Shown piece by piece: positions 25,973 through 36,616 of a DNA stretch of 64,000 nt. A model generated the notes under the pieces. That model did no database searches, had not been told where the DNA came from, and saw nothing but the letters and a program-made list of their open reading frames with translations. Made by a program: the position numbers and the translations under genes. How positions within the stretch are numbered: position 1 is the first letter of the stretch; every line of letters begins with the position of its first letter. Source of the DNA: Minisyncoccota bacterium (GTDB taxonomy: Bacteria > Patescibacteriota > Minisyncoccia > Phycocordibacterales > UBA9973); assembly GCA_041661005.1 (NCBI GenBank), contig JBAZVG010000001.1, positions 607,515 to 671,514 on the forward strand. The letters are read 5' to 3'.

Positions 25973-26788
25973 TTGGGCGTCAATCAAGAAAATGGCTTAA
26001 GTTATAGTGGCAGTATTACGGTGGAGGACTCGGTGAACAAAGATACCGATGGTGACGGAATACTGGATTGGGAGGAAGGCCTGTGGGGAACCGATCCAAC
26101 TAAAAAAGAAACCACCCCGGGGACGAGAGATGCTGTCGCAATAGAAAATTTAAAAAAACAAACAGGCAAAGGTGTTGATCCAGAGATTTTGTCGGGAAAT
26201 GAAGAAAAATTGACGGAAACCGATAAATTCTCCAGAGAACTTTTTGCGACCATGGCCACCATCAACCAAAATGGAGTTGTCGATCAAACCACGATAGACA
26301 CTTTGAGCACTTCTTTGGCTGAAAAGATAAAAAATCCCGTAGTCAGAAAAGTTTTTTCGATTTCCGATATAAAAACAATAAACGACGACAGTTTTCAAGC
26401 TTTCACAAATTATAACAATGCTTTAAACAGCACCTTCGCAAAATACAAAGTTGGATACACCGTTGCAGATGTGTTACAGCAATTTGTAACCGATGAAAAC
26501 ACCGTTGACGCGAGCGCGCTCTTAAAACTCGGCCCGATTATAGGACAAATAAACACAATAATAGGGGGGATGACGGGAATGAATACGCCACAATCTATTT
26601 CAACTCTACATTTGAACATGATAAATTCGCTTCAACGATTGATAGAAAATTTAAGTGATATGAGGCTATATGATACGGATCCAATTGTGGCTATGGGCGC
26701 CATCAGCCAATACGACAAAAATAGCACCCTGTTAAAAACTGCCACCAAAAATCTTTTGAGCGCAATTGAACAAAAATTGAACAATTAA
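25973..26788 (+). CDS. hypothetical protein (first gene of T4SS-like cluster); probably starts further upstream with a TM helix
   Basis: TTG start in the ORF track; an in-frame hydrophobic segment 25850-25970 lacks a canonical start. Confidence 0.45.
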   Translation: MGVNQENGLSYSGSITVEDSVNKDTDGDGILDWEEGLWGTDPTKKETTPGTRDAVAIENLKKQTGKGVDPEILSGNEEKLTETDKFSRELFATMATINQNGVVDQTTIDTLSTSLAEKIKNPVVRKVFSISDIKTINDDSFQAFTNYNNALNSTFAKYKVGYTVADVLQQFVTDENTVDASALLKLGPIIGQINTIIGGMTGMNTPQSISTLHLNMINSLQRLIENLSDMRLYDTDPIVAMGAISQYDKNSTLLKTATKNLLSAIEQKLNN

Positions 26789-26796
26789 AATGGAAA

Positions 26797-28776
26797 TTGT
26801 ATAATAATATAAACAAAAAAATGATAGCCAAAGATAAAACAACGAAACTCATATCCGCTTCCTTGATTGTTTCGATGTTACTGCCTGCAGTTTTACTTCT
26901 AAACCCAAAACAAGCAGAAGCTGCGCTTCCGATCGGTGTGCCGGTGAACGATGTTGTAGCTCAAGCAACTCTCCTCGACATTGCAGGAAACACAACGATC
27001 AGTTCTGCAACCGATACCAAAAGCTGGGCACAAAAGCTTCTTGAACTGCTACTCATGGTGGCCGCTAAAAGGTTTCTGGCTCAAATGACCCAAGCGACTG
27101 TAAACTGGATAAATTCCGGTTTCCACGGAGCGCCACTTTTCATTGAAAACCCCGGATCTTTCTTTAAAGATATATCCAAATCTGAACTTAGAAGTTTGAT
27201 TGATATGATCGGCTACGACACTCTCCGGTTTCCTTTCGGCAAGGATATTGCGCTCCAAGTCATAGCGAGCTATAAAAGCCAGCTCGAAACCAACGCGCAA
27301 TACACCCTAAGCAAGGTTATTTACGATCCAGACCTCTTGGTCCGTTACAGAAACGATTTCAACATAGGCGGGTGGAACGGATTTTTGATAAATACGCAAT
27401 ATCCACAAAATAATTACCTGGGATTCAATATGATAATACAGCAAAACCTAGCAAGCAGACTGGAAGGGACATTGATGGCGCCAGCGCAACAAGTAAAAGA
27501 CATTTTGCAACAAGGAATGGGATTTTTGTCTCCGCAGACTTGTCCAAGTAATCCAAAATATAATAATGGCACAAACGAATTTCTAAAACCAAGCTTCAAG
27601 TCCACAGTAGAATATGTTCCACCATCTCCTGAACCTGCAGATACATACTTGGAACGAGATCGCGCAGCCAGAGCCGCATATCAGAACAACAAGAATGTTG
27701 AAAAGGCAAAATACATGGAAGAAAACACATGTCCAGGTGGTTTAGTTTCCACCACCCCCGGCTCAGTGGCGGCAAATCAAATATTTAACGCGCTTGATAC
27801 TCCCAGAGAATCAACCACCCTCGCTGGAGCATTGGGTAATAGTGTGGTGGACAGCGTCGCCGCTATTTTTGACGCACTGATAGGAAAACTTTTTAGCACC
27901 GGCTTGAATGCATTATCCAGCACAATAAATCCCGAGCCTTCTGTAGACAACTGGAGCTACAATGGCCAGACCCTCGACGGTGGTTACAATTACAACACAA
28001 CTACTGCTGGAACTCTGAATATCCCACAAAATGTTTCAGTCAGAGTCGGAGAATCGACCAGCACCGCCATATCCGGAGGCACAGCCCCTTATGTCATAAT
28101 CAACAAAACTCAGCCTTATTTGTTAGAACCAAAATTGGATGCAACAGTAACGAATGCTCAAATTACTGGCGCTACCCTCCGAGTAACTGGTGTCGGATCG
28201 GGACAGACTGTAGCCATGATCAGAGATTCATCTTTCCCGAACAAAATTGTTCGCGTAAAAATCACAGTAAATGCCGTCGGAGCGCTAGCGGCCTTCCCAG
28301 CGAGTATCTCGACTGGCATCAACGAACCGACTACCGCAATCATAAATGGTGGCGAAGGACCTTATTTTGTCAGAATAGAGCCTGACAATTCGATAGCCGT
28401 GGCAAATTTTGCTGATGGAAATTTGATCATAACCGGTCTCAAAAAAGGCGACACCTTTATTGAAATCGAAGATTCATCTTCGGGAACCAAGAAAACCGTC
28501 CGCATCCCTATTGTGATCAACGGCCCCGAAGATCTAGTCATTCAACAAAACGTCCTAGCCAATGTCGGCGAAGAGGTAAGCATACCGATATCGGGAGGTA
28601 TGGCTCCTTATGCCGTTACGAACCAGCAGGATGTGAGAGTGGCAAACGCGCAAATATTGCCTGCTACTCCGAACACCCTCACAATCAATGGCATCTTGAA
28701 AGGTCAAACAGAAATCCGAGTGGAAGATTCTTCAACGCCAAAGAAGGCTGTGATCGTCAGCGTTACAGTAAATTGA
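26797..28776 (+). CDS. large secreted/membrane-anchored protein with three C-terminal Ig-like (Big_2-type) repeats
   Basis: N-terminal TM/signal; ~65-aa repeats containing SGGTAPY / NGGEGPY / SGGMAPY. Confidence 0.55.
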   Translation: MYNNINKKMIAKDKTTKLISASLIVSMLLPAVLLLNPKQAEAALPIGVPVNDVVAQATLLDIAGNTTISSATDTKSWAQKLLELLLMVAAKRFLAQMTQATVNWINSGFHGAPLFIENPGSFFKDISKSELRSLIDMIGYDTLRFPFGKDIALQVIASYKSQLETNAQYTLSKVIYDPDLLVRYRNDFNIGGWNGFLINTQYPQNNYLGFNMIIQQNLASRLEGTLMAPAQQVKDILQQGMGFLSPQTCPSNPKYNNGTNEFLKPSFKSTVEYVPPSPEPADTYLERDRAARAAYQNNKNVEKAKYMEENTCPGGLVSTTPGSVAANQIFNALDTPRESTTLAGALGNSVVDSVAAIFDALIGKLFSTGLNALSSTINPEPSVDNWSYNGQTLDGGYNYNTTTAGTLNIPQNVSVRVGESTSTAISGGTAPYVIINKTQPYLLEPKLDATVTNAQITGATLRVTGVGSGQTVAMIRDSSFPNKIVRVKITVNAVGALAAFPASISTGINEPTTAIINGGEGPYFVRIEPDNSIAVANFADGNLIITGLKKGDTFIEIEDSSSGTKKTVRIPIVINGPEDLVIQQNVLANVGEEVSIPISGGMAPYAVTNQQDVRVANAQILPATPNTLTINGILKGQTEIRVEDSSTPKKAVIVSVTVN

Positions 28777-28792
28777 GAAGTTAGAAAGTAAA

Positions 28793-31267
28793 ATGAGCAA
28801 AAAAATTAAAAAAATAATTCCATATTGCCTGATACTGGTCATCTTGGCCGGACTTTTTGGACCACTAGCGCAGATTCGAGCGCAAGGTCCATCCAACGCA
28901 CAGTCGGCAGGGGCATTGGTGACAGGAATACAACAGATAAATGCAGCAACGCCAGACAAAAGTAAATCAGCATTTGAAAATGCCCTTGATGAACATTGCA
29001 GTACCATAGCGAGTGGAAGTATTGGTGGCTGTCTGGCTCAATTATTTTATTTTCTATTTTACACAATACCAACATTTTTGCTTGGATTAACGGGAAAATT
29101 ATTAAATGTTGTTATCGTCCTTTCCTTGGACAGCGCCACATACAAAACTGGCTTCATAGATCAGGCATGGACAGTTGTCCGAGACTTTTCGAATATTTTC
29201 TTCATACTTATATTGCTGTATGTAGCTATTCAAACAATCTTGGGAATGGGTCACGAGACCAAGAAAATAATAGTCCAAGTCATCATCATGGCGTTACTCA
29301 TAAATTTTTCTATGTTTTTTACAAGAGTAGTAATTGATTCATCAAATATCTTAGCGCTTGTTTTTTACAATAAATTGACTACGTCGCAGGGAGACACTCC
29401 GTCAAATATAGTATCTTTGAAAAACAAAAGTACCGTAGAAAAAGGTATAACAGAAAAATTAGTTCAAGGGTTTGATATTACAAGGTTAATTAACGCAGAA
29501 TTTTTTAAACAGGCAAAAACCAGATCGGGGTTTGCTCCAGTATCCTTATCAAGCGCCGGATATACTGGAGCCGGAGCGGTGATTGGGACTTATATATTGC
29601 CAGGAGTGGGTACTGTAATTGGTGGAATCGCAGGGTTTACGTTGGCTTGGATCAACTCTGACAAGGTGCCTCCTTCTCTGCTGATAAGCATACTGATACC
29701 AGCAGGAATCATTATGTACTACGCAATGTACGTCTTTTTCACAGCGGGAATAGCTCTCTTGTCTAGAATAATCGAACTATGGGTGCTTACAATTTTTTCA
29801 CCATTTGCCTTTATGTCTTCAAGTTTGCCTTCACTGGCAAAGTTCCCGGGTGTTGGCTGGAGTGAATGGTTAAAAAGACTTTTTGAGGTAGCTCTCTCGG
29901 CGCCGATTTTTATGTTTTTCCTATTGCTGATTTTTAAAATAGTAGATGCGGATATAACCAAAGATCTACTCTCGCCAACAAGATTAGCGAAAGATCAGTG
30001 GCTCTTAGAAACAATCGTCCTTGTATCAATCGCTGCCTTTATAATTCTAGCACTCCTACAAAAAGCTACAAAATATGCCAAGAAAGCATCGGGAGAATTG
30101 GGAGAATTAATAACGAAGGGCGTAGGTCTAGTCAGTGGACTTGCCATAGGTGGAGGAATAGGTGTTGCAGCGGCAGGTTTGCAGGGGAGCTTGGGACATT
30201 TAGGTCAGAAGGCCTACGAGTCTAAAGGGTTGGCGGAATTGGAAACAAGTAAAAAAACTGGCATAAGAGGATGGGGTGAAAGAAGTATCGGTCGTGGATT
30301 AAGGACCATCGCAGGCGGAGATGACGGCAAAGGTGGATTTGCTGGTTCAAGTTTCGACTTGAGAAAAGGCACAGCTGGTGGAATTTTGAAACTGGCATCC
30401 TCCGCCACTGGGTTTAATTTAGGAGCGCAATCTAAATTCCTCATGAAAGAAGAGGGTGGATATATGGCAGACCTAAAGAGACGAGATGCAAAAAGAAAAG
30501 AGAGAGCCGAGGGATTGCAAGAATCATCAAGCGCAAAAGCCAAAGAAGAATTGCGCGACGCAGAAGACCAGCACCAAACCCTAATGACGGTAAGCTCACA
30601 GCCAATCAAAGAAATTGAAGAAAAAATCAAGAAAGCTCGAGAAGCTAAAAAGGATGCTAAAGCGGGAGATAAAGACGCAATATCAGACAAAATTAAAAAA
30701 CTCGAAGAACAGAAAAAGGCAATCAAGAATGCTAAAGCAAAGTCAATTGAAGAAGCTGAAAAAGATGTTAAAGAAGCAACTGAAGCGGCTGAACAAGCAA
30801 AACAAGCCTTAAAAGACAACCCTGATGACAAAGCCCTTCAAGATGTGGCTTGGGATGCCAACCAAAAATTAGCTGCTACTAAAGCTGGTAGAGCTTCTGC
30901 CATATCTGCTAAGGCTCTTGGTCTCAAGCCTGAAGATATGAGATCTATTAATGATTATGAGGATAATCTGATTAAAGATGCTAAACACAAGGTGCATCAC
31001 ACGGAGGAAAGAGTCGCACGAGCCTTCTCTGAGAATATAGAAAAGCAATTAGCTTGGCCATGGAATAAGGCTGCGCGCAAAAGATCGGCACAAGACATAA
31101 GAATGGGTATCAAGCCGGAAAAAAGTCATGATGAGGGGCACGGCGCACAACACTTTTGGGGTGATTTAGCAGCAGGAGCAATAACAAATGCACTTTCTGA
31201 TCATGGACACGAAGAAAAGAGTGATAATGCTAAACCTAGTGGAGACTCACATGCACCTGGACACTAA
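28793..31267 (+). CDS. VirB6/TrbL-like polytopic membrane protein with long C-terminal coiled-coil/low-complexity tail
   Basis: Signal peptide, then ~6 TM helices, then a Lys/Glu/Ala-rich 350-aa tail; TrbL-like architecture. Confidence 0.5.
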   Translation: MSKKIKKIIPYCLILVILAGLFGPLAQIRAQGPSNAQSAGALVTGIQQINAATPDKSKSAFENALDEHCSTIASGSIGGCLAQLFYFLFYTIPTFLLGLTGKLLNVVIVLSLDSATYKTGFIDQAWTVVRDFSNIFFILILLYVAIQTILGMGHETKKIIVQVIIMALLINFSMFFTRVVIDSSNILALVFYNKLTTSQGDTPSNIVSLKNKSTVEKGITEKLVQGFDITRLINAEFFKQAKTRSGFAPVSLSSAGYTGAGAVIGTYILPGVGTVIGGIAGFTLAWINSDKVPPSLLISILIPAGIIMYYAMYVFFTAGIALLSRIIELWVLTIFSPFAFMSSSLPSLAKFPGVGWSEWLKRLFEVALSAPIFMFFLLLIFKIVDADITKDLLSPTRLAKDQWLLETIVLVSIAAFIILALLQKATKYAKKASGELGELITKGVGLVSGLAIGGGIGVAAAGLQGSLGHLGQKAYESKGLAELETSKKTGIRGWGERSIGRGLRTIAGGDDGKGGFAGSSFDLRKGTAGGILKLASSATGFNLGAQSKFLMKEEGGYMADLKRRDAKRKERAEGLQESSSAKAKEELRDAEDQHQTLMTVSSQPIKEIEEKIKKAREAKKDAKAGDKDAISDKIKKLEEQKKAIKNAKAKSIEEAEKDVKEATEAAEQAKQALKDNPDDKALQDVAWDANQKLAATKAGRASAISAKALGLKPEDMRSINDYEDNLIKDAKHKVHHTEERVARAFSENIEKQLAWPWNKAARKRSAQDIRMGIKPEKSHDEGHGAQHFWGDLAAGAITNALSDHGHEEKSDNAKPSGDSHAPGH

Positions 31268-31307
31268 AAATTTACTTGTCCCGTACTAAATTATAAAAAC
31301 AAAACAC

Positions 31308-31847
31308 ATGACTGAAAAATTAAAACAAGCAATTGAAGAAGAAATCGCAAAATTGCCCAAAGAAGGGCAAGACGCCATTGGTGCTGTTAATTGGATTAAA
31401 ATAACCGAAGAAATAGGGAAAAAGTTTTTACTGGAAAATGATGAAATAGAAGATTTTCAATTGGAAACATTATTAGTCTTGATCGGATCCGTGGACTCTG
31501 AATTCTATTCAGTTAACATCGAAAACCAAGTGGGCACGACGAAGGAAGAAGCAAAAAATATGGCCGATGAAGCTTTCCAGAAAATATTCGTTCCCATAAG
31601 AAATATTCTGGAAGAAAATATAAAGAAAGATATGAAAAATAAAAATCCGGATTGGAAACAATCTCTTGATTTTATTCTCTCGGGTGGAGACTATCTTTCT
31701 TTTATAACGCCAACACAGACAAATTCTCCTCTTGAGGAGTACCCTTTAGGGGGAGGTGGAATATCCACCCCGTCTGGTAAACCAGCCACCCCTCAAGAGG
31801 GGAACGATCAAGAAACAGTTATCCCAGTGTTTTCGATAAAAAAATAA
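31308..31847 (+). CDS. hypothetical protein (carries a family-4 repeat in frame)
   Basis: 179 aa; N-terminal region resembles the next ORF. Confidence 0.45.
   Translation: MTEKLKQAIEEEIAKLPKEGQDAIGAVNWIKITEEIGKKFLLENDEIEDFQLETLLVLIGSVDSEFYSVNIENQVGTTKEEAKNMADEAFQKIFVPIRNILEENIKKDMKNKNPDWKQSLDFILSGGDYLSFITPTQTNSPLEEYPLGGGGISTPSGKPATPQEGNDQETVIPVFSIKK
31728..31802. repeat. palindromic repeat family 4 copy (in frame, encodes SPLEEYPLGGGGISTPSGKPATPQEGN)
   Basis: cctcttgagg ... cctcaagagg termini. Confidence 0.7.
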
Positions 31848-31880
31848 ACCAACAATTAAAATCTAAGCTATAATAACACC

Positions 31881-32549
31881 ATGACAGATACAATAGACTT
31901 GTTGCAAATAAAAATAGAGAAAGCGAAAAGGGAACTTCCGTCGGAAACTTTGAACGCCATTAACGCTGTCGACTGGAAGGCGTCCATCTTGGAACTGCGA
32001 GCAAAAAAGGGATACACCTTTGAACAGTTGAGTGATCTCGAGCTTGAAACAGAATTATTGCTTTGTGGACTTGCTCGTGCAGAAGATTACCCAAAAGAAC
32101 TGGAAAAAAGAATGGGGATTTCAAAATCGGCTACTAATGATCTGGTAAATGAAATGAACAACTTGGTTTTTAGAAAAATAAGAGAAGAATTAATCAAAAA
32201 TACTGAGAGAAAAAAAATATACGCGCAAAATGAACAAAAAAACACCAGCGACTCTCAAATCCTAAAATCAGTCGGTATTGAAATCGTCGAAAAAGAAACC
32301 TTGCCAGTGGCAGAGAAACTAGAACTCACGACAGCGCCCGTGGCTGGAGAAAAGTTTAAAGAAATCAGGAAGGAAGTGTTAGAAAAGATAGAAAATCCAG
32401 AGCCCGCTCATCCGATATTGGCTCAGAAATTGTCCGCCTCAGTCCAAGCTCCAATAGTCAAAACAGATCATTCGCTAGGCAACCTGTCTAAGACAAATAC
32501 ACCAAACACCACGCCCAAAATAGATCCTTACCGCGAAATACCGGAGTAG
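31881..32549 (+). CDS. hypothetical protein (distant paralog of 31308-31847)
   Basis: 222 aa; similar N-terminal helical region. Confidence 0.45.
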   Translation: MTDTIDLLQIKIEKAKRELPSETLNAINAVDWKASILELRAKKGYTFEQLSDLELETELLLCGLARAEDYPKELEKRMGISKSATNDLVNEMNNLVFRKIREELIKNTERKKIYAQNEQKNTSDSQILKSVGIEIVEKETLPVAEKLELTTAPVAGEKFKEIRKEVLEKIENPEPAHPILAQKLSASVQAPIVKTDHSLGNLSKTNTPNTTPKIDPYREIPE

Positions 32550-32598
32550 ACACTGTGGGAGAGTAATCAGATTCATGTTAAACTTAGGTTAGTTCTCA

Positions 32599-33015
32599 AT
32601 GCAATTCAAAGTACCACAATTTTTAGATATAGAAGACAAGATCTTTGGTCCATTCACTTTCAAAGAGTTTGTTTACTTGGCAGGTGGAGCAGGTCTTTGT
32701 TTTGTGCTTTATAAATTGCTGGGGCTCGTCTGGGGCGCTATACCGATCTTGGCAGTCGGAGGATTTTCAATAGCTCTCGCTCGATATAGACCCAACAACA
32801 AACCTTTCATCAATATGATCGAGGCGGGATTTAGCTATTTAATGCAGAGCAAGCTCTACATTTGGAAAAGACGCACAAATAAAGCGAACACTAAAGAACA
32901 GAAAGAGATAGCAAATGAAAATATTGTCATGAATAGGAACACGGTAAGGTTAGGAGGGAACAAGTTGCGGGATTTGGCTTGGAGCCTGGACGTGCTTGAT
33001 TTAAAAAAGCAGTAA
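32599..33015 (+). CDS. PrgI/VirB3-like small membrane protein
   Basis: FKVPQFLDIEDKIFGPFTFKEFVYLAGGAGLCFVLYKLL matches the PrgI-family pattern; two TM helices; immediately upstream of VirB4. Confidence 0.5.
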   Translation: MQFKVPQFLDIEDKIFGPFTFKEFVYLAGGAGLCFVLYKLLGLVWGAIPILAVGGFSIALARYRPNNKPFINMIEAGFSYLMQSKLYIWKRRTNKANTKEQKEIANENIVMNRNTVRLGGNKLRDLAWSLDVLDLKKQ

Positions 33016-33024
33016 ATTAATAAT

Positions 33025-33666
33025 ATGTCTTTAAACGCAAAAGCAACTCAAGAGTTTGTGCCAATCAAGGAAGTCCGCGATGGAGTAATCGTGCTAAAAG
33101 ACGGCGGATTGCGAGCAATCATACTCGCTAATTCGGTCAATTTATCGCTAAAGTCAGGTGAAGAACAAAAGGCCACCATTTTTCAATTCCAAAGTTTTTT
33201 GAATACTTTAGATTTCGCCGTTCAGATATCGGTGCAAAGCAGAAGGCTGGATATCCGACCGTATCTATTGCTTTTAGAAGACCGAGCAAAAGTGCAAAAC
33301 GAGCCCTTGCTCAAATTGCAAACAAAGGAATACATAGAGTTCATAAGAAATTTTACCGAATCAGTAAGCATAATGACTAAAAGTTTTTTTGTGGTAGTTC
33401 CATATACGCACACTGTTTTAAGATCAGACTCCGGGATATTAAAAAGATTGTTCCAAAAAAGAAACAAAGAAGAAGCAAACACTGCAAAACAAGAAGATTT
33501 CGAGGAAAAGAGATCGCAACTGGAAGAAAGAGTAAGCGTGATCGAACAAGGGCTCAGTCGCTGTGGCATAAAATCAGCCCAGCTGGGCACGGAAGAAGTC
33601 GTGGAAGTATTTTATAAAGTATTTAATCCGGGGGAAGTGGAGGGGAAGATTAAAATTGAACAATAA
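33025..33666 (+). CDS. VirB4/TraC-family ATPase, N-terminal domain (separate ORF)
   Basis: CagE/TrbE/VirB N-domain-like; stop at 33666, next ORF starts at 33672 in another frame. Confidence 0.55.
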   Translation: MSLNAKATQEFVPIKEVRDGVIVLKDGGLRAIILANSVNLSLKSGEEQKATIFQFQSFLNTLDFAVQISVQSRRLDIRPYLLLLEDRAKVQNEPLLKLQTKEYIEFIRNFTESVSIMTKSFFVVVPYTHTVLRSDSGILKRLFQKRNKEEANTAKQEDFEEKRSQLEERVSVIEQGLSRCGIKSAQLGTEEVVEVFYKVFNPGEVEGKIKIEQ

Positions 33667-33671
33667 AGATT

Positions 33672-35519
33672 ATGGGCATATTTGATAAATTATTTAAAAA
33701 AAAAGGAAGTAACTCTTACGGAGGCGAAGCCAATGCGTCTATTCTAGCGGTATTACCGGAACAAATCTATGAATCGGCGAGTCTAGAGCTCCAAGATGTG
33801 ATCGCGCCATCAGCGCTCAAAATCGAATCAAAGTCCATAAATTTGGGCGACAAAATCGCTCGAACATTTTTTATAATATCTTACCCGAGATTTTTGACTG
33901 ACAATTGGTTTTCTCCGATAATCAATTTGGACAAAGTTTTTGATATTTCAATTTTCATCCATCCGATAGACACCTCTTTGATGCTACGACAATTTCAGAA
34001 AAAAGTTGCAGAAGTGCAAAGCCAGATAAATGTGCGTGAAACAAAAGGCATGGTACGCGATCCGATGCTTGACACTTCCTACCAAGACCTCGAAGGGTTG
34101 CGCGACAGCTTGATCCAAGCGCAGGAAAAAATGTTTGATGTCGGAATTTACATAACTATTTATGCCGATAATGAACTTGAGCTTTTCAAAACTGAAAATG
34201 AAATAAAATCCATGTTGGAATCTAAATTGATATACATCAAACCAGCGCTTTTTCAACAAGAAGACGGTTTCAAGAGCGTCATACCGATAAATACCGACTT
34301 GCTAAATATTCACCAAAAATTAAATTCGGAGCCCCTCTCGAGCGTTTTCCCGTTTATCTCTTTCGATCTGACTTCTGACAAAGGCATCCTTTACGGCATC
34401 AATAGACACAACTCAAGCTTAGTGATCTTCGATAGGTTCAGCTTAGAAAACTATAATTCAGTAACTTTTGCCAAATCAGGTTCAGGAAAATCATACGCGA
34501 CAAAATTGGAAATCCTCAGGTCTTTGATGTTTGATGTTGACGTGATAGTGATAGACCCAGAAAGGGAATACGAGTTTTTGTCTGAAGCCGTGGGTGGGAG
34601 ATATTTCAACATCTCCCTTTCTTCAGACCATCATATGAATCCGTTTGATCTGCCAATGCCACGTGAAGACGAAACGGCTGAAGATGTGTTGCGTTCAAAC
34701 ACCATTAATCTGGTCGGGCTCTTTCGATTGATGCTGGGAGGACTCACGCCCGAAGAAGATTCGATGGTTGATCGAGCCATTTCAGAAACTTATGCCATCA
34801 AGGATATAACTCCAGAATCGGATTTTTCAAATATCGAGCCTCCACTCCTTTCAGACTTTGAGATGGTGCTAGGAGGAATGGATGGAAGCGATTCGATCGT
34901 GCAACGTTTGGCAAAATACACCAAAGGCTCTTGGGCAACTTTTTTAAATAGACCAAGTAACGTGGACATCAATAAAAAGTTCATCGTCTTCTCTGTCCGC
35001 GATATGGAGGACGAATTGAAACCGGTCGCAATGTATATAATCATGCATTACATCTGGAATTCGATACGCAAAAATCTGAAAAAACGTTTACTGGTCGTCG
35101 ATGAAGCTTGGTGGATGATGAAATCCGAAGACACTGCTTCGTTCCTATATTCTATCGCCAAAAGAGGCAGAAAATATTATTTGGGACTTTCTACGATCAC
35201 CCAAGACGCGGCTGACTTCATGAAATCTCCATATGGCGTACCGATAATCACCAACTCCTCTATCCAGCTATTGTTAAAACAATCTCCGACAACTATTGAT
35301 ATACTGCAAAAAACATTCAATTTAACTGACGAAGAAAAATACCTCCTGCTCGAATCGAGCGTGGGCGAAGGCATCTTCTTTGCAGGGTTAAAGCACGTTG
35401 CCATAAAAATAATTTCTTCCTACATAGAAGATCAGATAATTACCAGTGACCCTTCGCAGATATTGTTAAATAGAAAAGCAAAAGAAGAACAAGAGGCGGG
35501 GACGCTAGTTGCAAAGTAA
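33672..35519 (+). CDS. VirB4/TraC-family conjugal-transfer ATPase, C-terminal ATPase domain
   Basis: Walker A AKSGSGKS, Walker B LLVVDEAW, conserved GLSTITQ region. Confidence 0.8.
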   Translation: MGIFDKLFKKKGSNSYGGEANASILAVLPEQIYESASLELQDVIAPSALKIESKSINLGDKIARTFFIISYPRFLTDNWFSPIINLDKVFDISIFIHPIDTSLMLRQFQKKVAEVQSQINVRETKGMVRDPMLDTSYQDLEGLRDSLIQAQEKMFDVGIYITIYADNELELFKTENEIKSMLESKLIYIKPALFQQEDGFKSVIPINTDLLNIHQKLNSEPLSSVFPFISFDLTSDKGILYGINRHNSSLVIFDRFSLENYNSVTFAKSGSGKSYATKLEILRSLMFDVDVIVIDPEREYEFLSEAVGGRYFNISLSSDHHMNPFDLPMPREDETAEDVLRSNTINLVGLFRLMLGGLTPEEDSMVDRAISETYAIKDITPESDFSNIEPPLLSDFEMVLGGMDGSDSIVQRLAKYTKGSWATFLNRPSNVDINKKFIVFSVRDMEDELKPVAMYIIMHYIWNSIRKNLKKRLLVVDEAWWMMKSEDTASFLYSIAKRGRKYYLGLSTITQDAADFMKSPYGVPIITNSSIQLLLKQSPTTIDILQKTFNLTDEEKYLLLESSVGEGIFFAGLKHVAIKIISSYIEDQIITSDPSQILLNRKAKEEQEAGTLVAK

Positions 35520-35537
35520 TACAACCCCTCCCAACCT

Positions 35538-35584
35538 CCCCTTGTCAGGGGAGGAAAAATTCGGAGTGTCTCCCTGACAAGGGG
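35538..35584 (+). terminator. GC-rich hairpin (ccccttgtcaggg / ccctgacaagggg, 13-bp stem) after the virB4 stop, before an extended -10 promoter (TGGTATAAT)
   Basis: Seen directly. Confidence 0.35.
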
Positions 35585-35620
35585 GATATAGGGGGTTGAA
35601 TTATGGTATAATTAAATTGC

Positions 35621-36610
35621 ATGAAATTTGGAAAATTTTTGTCATTATGTTTAATCGCCACGTTTGCAGTATTTGTAATTATTCCAACATACAAGGCAAA
35701 CGCTCAATCGTCTGGTGGCATCTCGATCAACATGTCGCCCTCCAATCCGGCGCCGTATGAAAACACGACTATCACCCTAAAAAGTTATGAGAGCAATCTA
35801 GACAGCGTCTTGATATCTTGGTCTATCGATGGAAAAGTTTCCTCCTCGGGTATTGGCAAAAAATCATTCTCTGTCACCGCTCCAGCCACAGGAGGGGAGA
35901 TGCGTGTTGTGGCCACAATATCTTTACCAAGTGGCCCAAAAAATATAAGTTTAACGATAAAGCCCTCTGTAATGGTTCTACTTTGGCAGGCAAACGACTC
36001 GCATGTTCCTCCTTTTTATAAAGGCAAGGCTCTACCAACCCCTGACAGCGAAGTGAAGGTTGTAGCGATGCCTGAAATAAGAAATAGTTCTGGTAATATT
36101 CCTCCACAGAACATGATCTACTCTTGGAAAAAAGACTACACCAACAACGTAGACGGTTCAGGCTATGGTAAAAGTTTTTTTCTCTACATAAACGATTATT
36201 TAGAAGACTCAAATAATATTTCAGTCGTAGTTTCGACCATAGATCAACAACTTTCATCGAATGCAAGCATAGACATAGGAACAGTCCAACCAAAAATATT
36301 ATTTTACAAAAATGACGCCAATCTTGGCACGATTTTAGAGCATTCACTGCTTAATCCTCACAAAATACAAGGAGGGGAGATATTAGAAGCAATACCTTAT
36401 TTTATTTCACCGAAAGAAATACAAAATCCGACCTTGGTCTGGAATTGGTATATCAATGACAATTTGGTAAACTTAATAAGTCCTAAAAAAAATTTAATGC
36501 CGTTGCAGGTGGAAGCAGGGACACACGGAACATCCAAACTAAGGCTCAATATTGAAAATCAAGACAAAATTTTTCAAACAGCAAATAAGGAAATAAATAT
36601 AGAATTCTAA
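35621..36610 (+). CDS. secreted hypothetical protein
   Basis: Signal peptide MKFGKFLSLCLIATFAVFVIIPTYKANA; Ser/Asn-rich. Confidence 0.5.
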   Translation: MKFGKFLSLCLIATFAVFVIIPTYKANAQSSGGISINMSPSNPAPYENTTITLKSYESNLDSVLISWSIDGKVSSSGIGKKSFSVTAPATGGEMRVVATISLPSGPKNISLTIKPSVMVLLWQANDSHVPPFYKGKALPTPDSEVKVVAMPEIRNSSGNIPPQNMIYSWKKDYTNNVDGSGYGKSFFLYINDYLEDSNNISVVVSTIDQQLSSNASIDIGTVQPKILFYKNDANLGTILEHSLLNPHKIQGGEILEAIPYFISPKEIQNPTLVWNWYINDNLVNLISPKKNLMPLQVEAGTHGTSKLRLNIENQDKIFQTANKEINIEF

Positions 36611-36616
36611 AATAGA

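Noticed and set aside
33666-33672. Programmed frameshift call for VirB4
   Set aside because: No slippery heptamer is evident at the junction. A genuine split gene or a sequencing error are equally plausible.
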